Source of the DNA: Candidatus Eremiobacteria bacterium
GTDB lineage: Bacteria; Vulcanimicrobiota; Vulcanimicrobiia; Vulcanimicrobiales; Vulcanimicrobiaceae
Direction of reading: 5' to 3'
DNA length: 64,000 nucleotides
Assembly (NCBI GenBank): GCA_963758295.1
Contig: CAVWUU010000004.1
Span: 192,001-256,000, forward strand
A model generated the notes under the pieces. The model worked only from the letters and a program-made list of their open reading frames with translations. It did no database searches and had not been told where the DNA came from. The position numbers and the translations under genes were made by a program. Positions 47,252 through 57,438 of the stretch are shown one piece after another; the stretch's first letter is position 1, and each line of letters starts with the position of its first letter.

Positions 47252-48508
47252 ATGTTTCGTTTCGGGGACGAGAAAGGTCAACTGAAGTGCAGCTTTTGCG
47301 GCAAGTCGCAAGAGCAAGTTCGCAAGTTGATCGCCGGTCCGGGCGTCTACATTTGCGACGAATGCATCGAGCTCTGCAACGAGATCATCGAGGAAGAGCT
47401 CTATAAAAACGTCGACGAGAATCTGCGCCTTCGGAACATTCCGAAGCCCAAAGAGATCAATCACATTCTCAATCAGTACGTGATAGGTCAGGAACGCGCG
47501 AAAAAATCGCTCGCAGTTGCAGTTTACAATCATTACAAGCGCATCAACGCAGGCGGCACCGCCGACGACGTCGAGCTGCAGAAATCCAATATTCTGCTGG
47601 TCGGCCCGACCGGTTCAGGCAAAACGTACCTCGCGCAAACGCTTGCGAAGATTCTCGATGTGCCGCTCGCCATGGCCGACGCAACCTCGCTCACGGAAGC
47701 CGGCTACGTTGGTGAAGACGTAGAGAACATTTTACTGAAGCTGATTCAGGCCGCCGATTACGACGTTAAACGCGCCGAAAAAGGCATCGTATATATCGAC
47801 GAAATCGACAAAATCGCTCGCAAGAGCGAAAATCCGTCGATTACGCGAGACGTTTCGGGTGAAGGCGTCCAACAGGCGCTGCTCAAGATTCTCGAAGGCA
47901 CGACGGCAAACGTTCCTCCGCAGGGTGGACGCAAACACCCGCACCAGGAGTTCATCCAGATCGACACCACCAACGTGTTGTTCATCTGCGGCGGTGCGTT
48001 CGACGGGCTGGAGCGGATTATCGAATCTCGTGTTTCCGCAAACAACATGGGTTTCCGGGCAACGCCGGAAGGCAAGAAAGACGCCCGCACCGGCAAGCTG
48101 CTGCAGGCGCTCATGCCCGAGGATCTGCTGAAGTTCGGATTGATTCCTGAATTTATCGGCCGTTTGCCCATCGTGGTGACGCTGGATGCTCTGGACGAAC
48201 TTGCGCTGCGCCGTATTCTCACGGAACCCCGTAATGCGCTTGTGCGGCAGTTCCAGAAGATTATGAACATGGACGGCGTCGATCTGCAGTTCACGAAGGA
48301 CGCTCTCGTAGCCATCGCCACTAGAGCGCAGAGCCGGAAGACCGGCGCGCGCGGTCTGCGCTCGATTCTCGAAGAGACGATGCTGGACGTAATGTACGAT
48401 CTTCCGTCGTTGCAAGGCGTGAAGAAGTGCATCATCAATAAAGACGTTATAGAGAAAAAAGAAGCGCCGACGCTCATCTATCAGGAGCAGAAGAAAGAGC
48501 CGGCCTAA
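47252..48508 (+). CDS. clpX: Clp protease ATP-binding subunit
   Basis: CSFCGK zinc-binding domain, [32 protein letters not shown]. Confidence 0.97.
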   Translation: MFRFGDEKGQLKCSFCGKSQEQVRKLIAGPGVYICDECIELCNEIIEEELYKNVDENLRLRNIPKPKEINHILNQYVIGQERAKKSLAVAVYNHYKRINAGGTADDVELQKSNILLVGPTGSGKTYLAQTLAKILDVPLAMADATSLTEAGYVGEDVENILLKLIQAADYDVKRAEKGIVYIDEIDKIARKSENPSITRDVSGEGVQQALLKILEGTTANVPPQGGRKHPHQEFIQIDTTNVLFICGGAFDGLERIIESRVSANNMGFRATPEGKKDARTGKLLQALMPEDLLKFGLIPEFIGRLPIVVTLDALDELALRRILTEPRNALVRQFQKIMNMDGVDLQFTKDALVAIATRAQSRKTGARGLRSILEETMLDVMYDLPSLQGVKKCIINKDVIEKKEAPTLIYQEQKKEPA

Positions 48509-48532
48509 CCGGCTTGACGCGACGAAAAAATT

Positions 48533-48562
48533 GGGCCTCTGCTAATAGCGGCGGCCCTTTTT
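48533..48562 (+). terminator. Terminator after clpX
   Basis: gggcc-ctgcta/tagcgg-ggccc stem plus TTTTT, preceded by an A tract. Confidence 0.65.
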
Positions 48563-48635
48563 CATAAGAAGCATCCAAAATATTGGAGCGATTACTTAAC
48601 AGGCTAGAGGCCCGTTCGTAAGAACGAGGCAGCAA

Positions 48636-49178
48636 GTGGAAACCTGTAGCCCCGCTGTGACGAATTCTGACTGTCCGCCATCTGCTGCTATACCGGCATG
48701 GTGGAGCGGCTTTATCTTTCACGTCCTCAATCCGCGTCAAGTGAGCATGTTTATTTACCTAACCATGCTCTCCGAAGCAGCCGGTGAGTGCCATCCGACA
48801 ATCGAGCAGATCCGTGACGACCTTGGGCTCTATAGCGCCTCTATGGTCTTCGAGGCTCTGGCGACCTTGGAAGACCTGGGCTTTATCACCCGCGAGCGGC
48901 AGTCGTTCCCCGGGGTGCGGGCGAAGCGAAATGTCTACCGTCGAACGCCTTGCGAAGCGACGGTCCTTTGCCTGCTTCAGCGGAATTTGATCGACGGCGA
49001 GATGCGGCCATCGCGCAATGCCGGCGCTCCGGCTGCCGAGGAGTCGCGGCTCTTAGCCGAAGCGGGCTTGAAAGAAATTCTCGGCGCCGACTTCCCAAGA
49101 TATGAAAGCGCTACCGCCGCGGCGAAGCGGGAAGTTCTCGTCGAAATTCTGGAAACGATCTTACGAAAGCCCGGTTAG
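48636..49178 (+). CDS. Winged helix-turn-helix protein (HTH_36-like)
   Basis: FIYL...CHPTIEQIRDDLGL.S..VFEALATLEDLGFITRER...NVY. Confidence 0.72.
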   Translation: METCSPAVTNSDCPPSAAIPAWWSGFIFHVLNPRQVSMFIYLTMLSEAAGECHPTIEQIRDDLGLYSASMVFEALATLEDLGFITRERQSFPGVRAKRNVYRRTPCEATVLCLLQRNLIDGEMRPSRNAGAPAAEESRLLAEAGLKEILGADFPRYESATAAAKREVLVEILETILRKPG

Positions 49179-49516
49179 TGTACCAAGACGCCCTCCTCAC
49201 AATAGAAGAACGCGATCTTAAGGGATCGCGTATCGTTGTTTTGCGTGGCGAGCTGGACATGTCCAACGTTCAGCACTTGAAGAACGTTTTTGCTCAGCTG
49301 GACGGTGCCGGGCCGCTTGTAATCGATCTGTCGGATTTGACATTCGTCGACTCGGCCGGCCTTAATGCCATTGCGATTCACGGCCGGCGCCTCATTGAGA
49401 CGGACGTTCCGTTGCACATCGTCGTGACGCGCCCGGCGATTCGCAAACTTTTCGCCGTGACGCGCCTCGATCAGTACTTCACTCTCGTGGATTCATTGGA
49501 CGAGATTCCCCGGTAA
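49178..49516 (+). CDS. STAS domain anti-sigma-factor antagonist
   Basis: [20 protein letters not shown] (phosphorylatable Ser); TAGTG overlap with the HTH gene. Confidence 0.88.
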   Translation: MYQDALLTIEERDLKGSRIVVLRGELDMSNVQHLKNVFAQLDGAGPLVIDLSDLTFVDSAGLNAIAIHGRRLIETDVPLHIVVTRPAIRKLFAVTRLDQYFTLVDSLDEIPR

Positions 49517-50082
49517 CTCGTCGGGACGGCTTCGAGCGCACGCGCCGGAACGCCGCCGACGAGCGCGCCGGGCGGCACGTCGTTCACGACGACTGCTCCT
49601 GCGGCAATGACCGCATTGTGGCCGATCCGGACACCCGGGACGATGATCGCGCCGGAGTAAATCAAGACGTCATCCTCAATGACCACCGGGGCCACATCGA
49701 TGATCAGCGGCTCGCGCACCCCCTGGGTCATCGCGATCCGCCGCCCCTGTTGCGTGGTGATATGGACGTGCGCCCCCATATGCACGTTGTTGCCGATCGT
49801 CAGTCCGCCTCCGCCCCATAACACGGAATAGGGACCGATTTCCACGTCATCGCCGATGCGAATGAACCCGCGGCGATCGTTTACCGTGCTGGGATTCAGA
49901 TAGGCGCCGTGGTCTATGAAGACCTTACGTCCGACGGTAATGCGGTCTGCTCCGCGGATGATGGCTCTGCCCGCAAAGATGGCGCTTGGCAAGCGAGCGC
50001 GCTGGCCGGCATCGCTGATGGCAAGTTTCATCGACTCGCGCAGCGACCGGATGGCGAGGCCTAGGCGATTGAAGAACTTCAT
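49471..50082 (-). CDS. Hexapeptide-repeat O-acyltransferase
   Basis: [39 protein letters not shown]. Confidence 0.85.
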   Translation of the reverse strand: MKFFNRLGLAIRSLRESMKLAISDAGQRARLPSAIFAGRAIIRGADRITVGRKVFIDHGAYLNPSTVNDRRGFIRIGDDVEIGPYSVLWGGGGLTIGNNVHMGAHVHITTQQGRRIAMTQGVREPLIIDVAPVVIEDDVLIYSGAIIVPGVRIGHNAVIAAGAVVVNDVPPGALVGGVPARALEAVPTSYRGISSNESTRVKY

Positions 50083-50336
50083 GTGTTATTAATACTCACA
50101 AACTTTGCTTTTTAAGGCCAGCGCCGCGTGGGGCATTAGGCCGGGGCCGTGAGTCCCAATCGGCATTGCGCCGCCTGAATCTTCTGAGAAAAAGCAGCCT
50201 CCGGTACCATAAGTGCAACTTGCCACTATTGTGCGCTTCGGGGGACACCATGCACGTTGCCGGTCATCGATGGATGCTTGCGCTCGCTTGCGAGCTTGAA
50301 CTGACGGAGCTGTAAGGGTCGCCCCGCGTCTACATC

Positions 50337-52283
50337 ATGATTTCAGGGAATCGTAGCAACACGATCCGTCCTCTGCTTCGCAGCGCGCTCTTCGCAGCCG
50401 ACTGCGTAGTGGTCGCCGCCGCCGTCGCGGTCTCGCCGAGCATCGGCGACATTCATACCGCGACGTTCGAGCAGCTCGCCATCATGGGCGGAATCATTCT
50501 GCTTGTAGGCGAGTACATCCAATTCCGCTACGAAAGTGCGCGGACGTTCGATTTCCACGACGTAGTACGTTTGCTCGTCGGCGCTTGCGGCGGCGCGCTC
50601 TTGGCATTGCTGTTCGAGCAAGTCCACTCGCCGCTCGCGCACGCGTCCGGACGTTTAGTGGTAATCGCCGCGATGCTCTCGTTCGTGCTGCGCATGTTCT
50701 TGCGAGTCGGCCTGGTGATTTTCCGGACGTGGTGGATCACGCGTCGTCCGAACGCGGATCGATGTTTGATCGTCGGTGTAGGGATCGCCGCTCACTCCGT
50801 GGCCAAGGCCATCCAGGAAGATCGCAGCATGCCGATGCGCGTCATCGGCTGCGTCGAGGATGGCATCAGCGAGCGCCGCATCGACGGCGTCCGCTTGCTC
50901 GGAAAACTGTCGAACCTTCCGGAATTGGTAAGCAAGCACGACATCGATACGGTGATCGTCGCCATCACGGGCGCACCGCTCCCGCTTATCAATCACGTGA
51001 AGGAGTTGTGCCTCCAAGTTCCCGAGGACAAGCGCCCCACGGTGAACGTCGTACCGGATGCTTCGGAACTTCTGAGCGAGCGCGTTACCGTCTCTCGCAT
51101 CCGCGACATCCGTATCGAAGACGTTCTTGAGCGGGATCCGGTGGTCATCGACACCGCCGCCGTTCGCCCGCAACTCGAAGGGCAAACCGTGCTCGTTACC
51201 GGTGCCGGCGGTTCCATCGGCAGCGAAATCTGCCGCCAAATCGCAACGTTCGATCCCGAAACGCTGCTGTTGCTAGGTCACGGCGAGAACAGCCTCTTCC
51301 TCATCGAGCAAGAGCTGCGTGAAAAATACAATTTTACGCGTACCAAGATGATTCTTGGCGACGTCGCCGATGCGGGCGCGGTGCGCAACGTGTTCATGAC
51401 GTATCGCCCGCGTGTCGTCTTGCACGCCGCGGCCCACAAACACGTGCCGATCGTCGAAGAAAACATTTGCGAAGCAGTTCGCAATAACGTCATCGGCACC
51501 AAAGTCGTCGCTCTTGCGGCGGCTGCCGCAGGCGTCGCCAAGTTCGTGTTGCTCTCCACCGATAAAGCGGTAAATCCCACGAGCGTCATGGGCGCCACGA
51601 AGCGCATGGCCGAACTCATCTGCCAGTCGTTTGCCGGGGGCTCCGCGACGGAATTCGTTTCCGTCCGTTTCGGCAACGTGCTCGGCAGCCGCGGCAGCGT
51701 CATTCCGATCTTCAAGAAGCAAGTCGAAAGCGGCGGCCCGGTTACGATCACGCATCGAGACATGGTGCGCTACTTTATGACGATTCCCGAAGCGGTATCG
51801 CTGGTTTTGCAAGCCATGTCGATGGGGATCGACGGCGAGGTTTTCGTCCTAGACATGGGCGCGCCGGTAAAAATCCTCGAGCTCGCGGAGCAAGTCATTC
51901 GCTTGTCGGGCCTCGAGCCGTACCGCGACATTGAAATCGTCGAAAAAGGGATTCGTCCCGGCGAGAAGCTTTTCGAAGAAATTCTCACCGACGGCGAGGG
52001 CTTCACGCGCACGAGTCACGAGCGTCTCTTCATCGCGAAGCAGCAACGCTTGGATTACGCGCGACTCAACGACGGAGTCGACCGCTTGCGCGCAGTCGTC
52101 CGGCGTAGCGATGCCAAGCGCGCAGTAGACATCCTCAACGAGTTCGTTCCGGAGTTCACTCCGGGCAAACACCTCACCGGTGAGGCGCAGGAGACGCAAC
52201 AGGAATACGTTCGCGTCGAGCGCGCCGAGATACCAGGCGGACCGGAAGAGCCGGCGCCGCTCCAACTCATCACTTCGTCCTAA
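50337..52283 (+). CDS. Membrane-anchored UDP-GlcNAc 4,6-dehydratase (CapD/PglF/WbpM family)
   Basis: N-terminal TMs, TGAGGSIGSE, HAAAHKHVP, STDKAVNP...MGATK, RFGNVLGSRGSV, RPGEKL.EE. Confidence 0.92.
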   Translation: MISGNRSNTIRPLLRSALFAADCVVVAAAVAVSPSIGDIHTATFEQLAIMGGIILLVGEYIQFRYESARTFDFHDVVRLLVGACGGALLALLFEQVHSPLAHASGRLVVIAAMLSFVLRMFLRVGLVIFRTWWITRRPNADRCLIVGVGIAAHSVAKAIQEDRSMPMRVIGCVEDGISERRIDGVRLLGKLSNLPELVSKHDIDTVIVAITGAPLPLINHVKELCLQVPEDKRPTVNVVPDASELLSERVTVSRIRDIRIEDVLERDPVVIDTAAVRPQLEGQTVLVTGAGGSIGSEICRQIATFDPETLLLLGHGENSLFLIEQELREKYNFTRTKMILGDVADAGAVRNVFMTYRPRVVLHAAAHKHVPIVEENICEAVRNNVIGTKVVALAAAAAGVAKFVLLSTDKAVNPTSVMGATKRMAELICQSFAGGSATEFVSVRFGNVLGSRGSVIPIFKKQVESGGPVTITHRDMVRYFMTIPEAVSLVLQAMSMGIDGEVFVLDMGAPVKILELAEQVIRLSGLEPYRDIEIVEKGIRPGEKLFEEILTDGEGFTRTSHERLFIAKQQRLDYARLNDGVDRLRAVVRRSDAKRAVDILNEFVPEFTPGKHLTGEAQETQQEYVRVERAEIPGGPEEPAPLQLITSS

Positions 52284-52304
52284 TTTCGATAGGGGCTATA
52301 AATC

Positions 52305-53642
52305 GTGAAATTGCTCGAAGCGTCTTCGATCCGCGCCAGCGCATTGAAGAAGAAGATCGTCGACCGGACCGCGATCGTCGGGGTCGTAGGCGTCGGCTAC
52401 GTCGGTCTCCCGCTTGCCGTGGAGAAAGCCAAGGTCGGGTTCGAAGTAATCGGTTACGACCGTAATCCGATTCGCGTCGACCAGATCAAACAAGGATTGA
52501 ACTACATTCGTGACGTGGAAGATCGCGAATTGGCTGAAATGGTTGAAAGCGGCAAGCTGAACGCCTCGACCGATTTCAGCACGCTCGGGAAGTGCGATTG
52601 CATCGTCATCTGCGTCCCGACGCCGCTGACCGCAAACAAAGAACCGGACATTTCGTACATCAAGAACGTCGCCGAAGAGATTACCAAGCACCTTCGGCCG
52701 GGGCAGCTCGTGAGCTTGGAGAGCACCACGTATCCGGGGACCACGGAAGAAGTGCTGCTGAAGCTGCTTTCGAAATCCGGACTGAAGTGTGGTGAAGATT
52801 TCTTCCTCTCGTTCTCGCCCGAACGCGTAGATCCGGGCAACGCGCGCTACACGACGAAGAATACGAATAAAGTCGTCGGCGGGGTTACGTCCAATTGCTT
52901 GGACGTTGCAACGACCTTCTACCAGCAGACGATTCTGAACGTCGTTCCGGTGAGTTCGCCGCGCGTCGCCGAGATGACGAAGGTTTTCGAGAACACCTTC
53001 CGCGCGGTGAACATTGCGCTCGTCAACGAAATGGCGCTGCTCTGCGATCGTCTCGGCATCAGCGTGTGGGATGTTATCGACGCTGCGCAAACCAAGCCGT
53101 TCGGAATCATGCGCTTCGATCCGGGTCCGGGCGTCGGCGGCCACTGCATTCCGCTCGATCCTTTCTATCTCGCGTGGAAAGCGCGCGAGTACGACATGAA
53201 CGTTCGCTTCATCGAGCTCGCGGGCGAGATCAACTGGACGATGCCGTACTTCGTGCGCGAAAAAGTTATGCGCGCGCTGAACGAACAGGGCAGGTCCATC
53301 AAGGGCTCCGAGATCCTCGTGCTCGGCGTTGCGTATAAGCGCGACATCGAAGATTGGCGCGAATCGCCGGCGCTCAAGGTGCTCGACCTTCTGAAAAAAG
53401 ACGGCGCGCACATCGATTATCACGATCCGCACGTGCCAAGCTTTACGGACGAACACGATCACATGTGGCACTCGCTTCCGCTCTCGAGAGAACAGCTTGA
53501 ACGCGCCGACGCCGTGCTCATTCTGACGGACCATACGTCTATCGACTATGCGAAGGTCTGCGACTCGGCGAAACTCGTCATCGATACGCGTAACGCCACT
53601 AAAGAAGTTCGCGACGGCCGCGACAACGTGGTGATGTTGTGA
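52305..53642 (+). CDS. UDP-N-acetylhexosamine 6-dehydrogenase (WbpA-like)
   Basis: GVGYVGLPLA, CVPTP, ESTTYPGTT, SPERVDPG, GPGVGGHCIP. Confidence 0.92.
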   Translation: MKLLEASSIRASALKKKIVDRTAIVGVVGVGYVGLPLAVEKAKVGFEVIGYDRNPIRVDQIKQGLNYIRDVEDRELAEMVESGKLNASTDFSTLGKCDCIVICVPTPLTANKEPDISYIKNVAEEITKHLRPGQLVSLESTTYPGTTEEVLLKLLSKSGLKCGEDFFLSFSPERVDPGNARYTTKNTNKVVGGVTSNCLDVATTFYQQTILNVVPVSSPRVAEMTKVFENTFRAVNIALVNEMALLCDRLGISVWDVIDAAQTKPFGIMRFDPGPGVGGHCIPLDPFYLAWKAREYDMNVRFIELAGEINWTMPYFVREKVMRALNEQGRSIKGSEILVLGVAYKRDIEDWRESPALKVLDLLKKDGAHIDYHDPHVPSFTDEHDHMWHSLPLSREQLERADAVLILTDHTSIDYAKVCDSAKLVIDTRNATKEVRDGRDNVVML

Positions 53643-54622
53643 AACTCGGCGTCATAGGCTCGGGCTACTGGGGGCAAAACCTCGTCCGCGTCTCGCACGA
53701 ACTCGGGGTTCTCGAGAGCGTCTGCGACGCGAACGAGGCGGCGCTCGCGGAAGTCTCGGAAAAATATCCCGATGTCGGGCTCGAATTCGAAATCAGCTCG
53801 CTGCTCGAACGCGACATCGATGCGGTCGTCATAGCGGCACCCGCTAACGTGCATGCCGAACTCGCGCTCGAAGTCATTGCCGCCGGCAAGCACGTATTCG
53901 TAGAGAAGCCGCTTGCAATGAGCCCCGACGATGCTTCCACGGTCGTGCGGGCGGCGCGCGCCGGCGGTCGCGTCTGTTTCGTGGGTCACGTGCTGCTGTA
54001 CCATCCTGCGGTGCAGCGGATGATCGGCCTCATCCGCGAAGGCGCGATCGGCGAAGTGCGCCACGTGCGCTCGCGGCGTCTCTCGTGGGGCAAATTGCGC
54101 GCACATGAAAACGTGTGGTGGAGCTTCGCTCCGCATGACGTTGCGCTCGTGCTCGAAATCTTCGAAGCGTTTCCGGAAAGCGTCCGGGGCTCGCTCGCGG
54201 GATTCGTGCGCCCGCAAATCGCGGACTTCGCGTACGCGGATCTGCAGTTCACCGGTGGCCGCACCGCTCACATCGAGGCGAGCTGGCTCGACCCCGAGAA
54301 AGCGGCACGCCTGGACGTCTTCGGCTCGAAGGGCACGCTCCGTCTTACCGACTCGCGCGCCGGCGCAAACTTGACGCTCACGCCATGCGGCGACCGGTCC
54401 GACGACTTGGGCCGTCCCGAACTCTGGCGCGAGGATGCGCGAGAAATCGACTTTACTCCGGCCGAGCCGCTCGCGGCCGAGCTGCGAGCGTTTATTGATG
54501 CCGTCGAAAACGGAACCCGTCCGATTACCGACGGCGAGGAAGGCCTGCGCGTGGTTCAGGTTCTTTCGATGTTAGGCAGCAACCACGATTATGCACATCC
54601 GTCTCTGGAGGCGCTCGTTTGA
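53639..54622 (+). CDS. Gfo/Idh/MocA oxidoreductase (WbpB-like 3-dehydrogenase)
   Basis: GSGYWG, GKHVFVEKP, VGH, APHD; operon context. Confidence 0.85.
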   Translation: MKLGVIGSGYWGQNLVRVSHELGVLESVCDANEAALAEVSEKYPDVGLEFEISSLLERDIDAVVIAAPANVHAELALEVIAAGKHVFVEKPLAMSPDDASTVVRAARAGGRVCFVGHVLLYHPAVQRMIGLIREGAIGEVRHVRSRRLSWGKLRAHENVWWSFAPHDVALVLEIFEAFPESVRGSLAGFVRPQIADFAYADLQFTGGRTAHIEASWLDPEKAARLDVFGSKGTLRLTDSRAGANLTLTPCGDRSDDLGRPELWREDAREIDFTPAEPLAAELRAFIDAVENGTRPITDGEEGLRVVQVLSMLGSNHDYAHPSLEALV

Positions 54623-54666
54623 CCGTCATCGGATAAGGCCGCAGACCGAAGCGAAAAACCTATTAC

Positions 54667-55230
54667 GTGCACGAATCGTCGTACGTCGACGATCCGGCCG
54701 AAATCGGCGAAGGCACGAAGATTTGGCACTTCAGCCACGTCATGGCGGGATCCAAAATCGGCAAGAATTGTTCGATTGGGCAGAACGTCGTGATCTCGCC
54801 GCGCGTTCGCATCGGCAACAACGTGAAAATCCAAAACAACGTCTCGGTATATGAAGGCGTCGTCCTCGAGGACGAAACGTTCTGCGGTCCGAGCATGGTT
54901 TTCACGAACGTGACCACACCACGCTCGGGTACGCCGCGAAATACGTCAGCCGACTACGCGGAGACCATCGTCAAGAAAGGCGCCTCCATCGGCGCGAACG
55001 CGACGATCGTTTGCGGGAACACGCTTGGCGAATTTTCGTTCGTCGGCGCCGGCTCGGTCGTCACCAAAGATATTCCGGCTTATGCCATGGTGTACGGTAA
55101 TCCGGCACGCATTCGTGGGTATGCTTGTGAGTGCGGTGTGAAACTGTCGTTTCAGAACGACCACGCGGCCTGCCCGGAATGCAGCCGCGAGTACGACAAG
55201 TCCGGCGAGTCGGTATGGAGAGTAAAATGA
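54667..55230 (+). CDS. Hexapeptide N-acetyltransferase (WbpD-like), start uncertain
   Basis: IGEGTKIWHFSH, KIQNNVSVY, CGPSMVFTN, GNPAR, C-terminal CECG...CPEC. Confidence 0.88.
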   Translation: MHESSYVDDPAEIGEGTKIWHFSHVMAGSKIGKNCSIGQNVVISPRVRIGNNVKIQNNVSVYEGVVLEDETFCGPSMVFTNVTTPRSGTPRNTSADYAETIVKKGASIGANATIVCGNTLGEFSFVGAGSVVTKDIPAYAMVYGNPARIRGYACECGVKLSFQNDHAACPECSREYDKSGESVWRVK

Positions 55231-56340
55231 TTCCGATTTTGGATCTGAAGGAGCAGTACCAAACGCTCAAGAGCGAGATCGCTCAAGCGGTGAGCGACGT
55301 GTTCGAAGGCGGCCACTACATCAACGGTCCGAACGTCAAAGCGCTGGAAGAAGAAATCGCGCAGTATATCGGAACGGAATATGCAGTTGGCCTCAACTCG
55401 GGCACCGATGCGCTGCATTTGGCGCTTCGGCGCTCTGGATATCGGTCCCGGTGACGAAGTGATCACGGTTCCGTTCACGTTTGTCGCAACGACGGAAGCG
55501 ATCGGCATCGTGGGCGCGACGCCGGTGTTCGTCGACATTCATCCGGGCACGTTCAACATGGATCCGGCGCTCATCGAAGCGGCCATTACGCCGCGCACGA
55601 AGGCGATTCTTCCGGTCCATCTGTACGGGCATCCGGCGCCCATGTACGACATTCTCGCTATTGCCAAGAAGCACAACCTCGCGGTTATCGAAGACTGCGC
55701 TCAAGCGATCGGCGCTTCGATCGACGGCAAGCGCGTGGGCTCGTTCGGTGACGTCGGCGCGTTCAGTTTCTTCCCATCGAAGAATCTCGGAGCGTACGGC
55801 GACGGCGGCATGGTTACGACGAACCGCAAAGACCTCGCCGATCGCATGCGCAGCCTGCGCGCGCACGGCGGACGCGTCAAGTACCATCACGAGGAACTCG
55901 GCGTGAACAGCCGCCTCGATGAAGTGCAAGCTGCGATCCTCCGCGTGAAACTGCCGCACCTCGACAGCTGGATCGAAAACCGCCGTGCCAACGCGGCTTG
56001 GTATTCGGAGAACCTGCGTGATGTCGTGACGACGCCGGTGGAAACGCCGAACACCGTGCACGTCTACCACCAGTACACGGTTCGCGTCCAAAACCGCGAC
56101 GCCGTGCAGAAGAAGCTGGCTGAGGCCGGCGTTCAAACCATGGTCTACTACCCGGTGCCGTTGCACTTGCAAGAAGTGCACAAACAACTGGGCGCAAGAG
56201 AAGGCGACTTCCCGCACTCCGAACGCGCGGCGCGCGAAGTGCTCTCGCTGCCGATGTTCCCAGAACTCAATCCACAACAGCGCGAAGCGGTTCGCGAAGC
56301 GTTGCGTGGCGCACTTGCGCCGGAGCCGGTGGTAGCGTAA
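55227..56340 (+). CDS. DegT/DnrJ aminotransferase (WbpE-like), +1 frameshift at about 55429
   Basis: [14 protein letters not shown] in the first frame; [25 protein letters not shown] in the second. Confidence 0.88.
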
Positions 56341-56343
56341 AAC

Positions 56344-57438
56344 ATGCGCGTCGTTAGTGTGGTCGGGGCCCGGCCACAATTCGTAAAGGCCGCGTTGCTC
56401 TCTCGGGAGCTGCGCGCGCCGCGGCGTGGACGAGTGGCTCGTGCACACCGGACAACACTACGACGAACGCATGAGCGACGTTTTCTTCACCGAGCTTGCG
56501 TTACCGGAACCGCGGTACCACCTCGGTGTGGGCTCGGGCGCGCACGGGGCGCAAACGGGCGAGATGATGATCCGCTTGGAACCCGTAGTCCTCGAAGCTG
56601 AACCGGATTGCGTGCTCGTGTACGGAGATACGAACAGCACGCTGGCGGGCGCGCTCGTGGGAGCGAAGCTGCGCGTCCCGGTCGTTCATGTCGAATCCGG
56701 CTTGCGATCGTTCGATCGCGCCATGCCGGAGGAGATAAATCGCCTCGTAGCCGATCGCGTGGGCGATCTGCTGCTTGGCGCCATCTGCATCGGCAGCGCA
56801 ACAATTGCGAGCGCGAGGGCATAGACCGGCCGATCGAGATCGTGGGGGATCTCATGGTGGACCTTGCGCTGGAAGCGGCGGCGCGGCTTCCGGCGCGGCC
56901 CCAAATCTTGGACCGTTTCGCCTTGAAAGCCAAAGACTTCGCCGTTGCGACGATTCATCGCGCGTCGAACACCGAAGACACGCATGTTTTCGCACGCCTC
57001 GTCGCCGGTTTGCGGCGAATCAGCACGAGCGTCGTCTTTCCGGTCCATCCGCGAACGCGCGCGCTTGTCGAAGGGCTCCGCGTGGGCGTAAACGACAACA
57101 TTATCACTTGCGAGCCGCTCTCGTACACGGATATGCTCGCGCTGCAGAAGCACGCGCGAGTCGTAGTGACCGATTCGGGCGGAATCCAGAAAGAGGCCGT
57201 CACGCTGGGAACGCCGTGCGTCACCCTGCGTTCAACGACGGAATGGACCGAGACGCTAGAGGGTGGTTGGAACGTGCTTGCCGGGAACGATCCGCGCAAG
57301 ATCGCCGATGCGGCGAACCGTCCCGTACCCGCGGAATCGATTCACCCCTTCGGCGAGGGGAACAGTGCACGACGGATCGTCGATGCGCTCTTTGCGCATA
57401 TTGCCGTGGCGGAGCGAACGGCATCATGCGCATCCTGA
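56344..57438 (+). CDS. wecB: Non-hydrolysing UDP-sugar 2-epimerase (WecB/WbpI-like), three +1 frameshifts
   Basis: GARPQFVK | [26 protein letters not shown] | [20 protein letters not shown]. Confidence 0.85.

Noticed and set aside
50083..50336. ops/JUMPstart antitermination element before the glycan operon
   Set aside because: No GGCGGTAG-type motif seen
55420..56810. Programmed frameshifting or phase variation in the aminotransferase and epimerase
   Set aside because: No slippery heptamers or long repeat tracts at the shift sites; sequencing error is simpler
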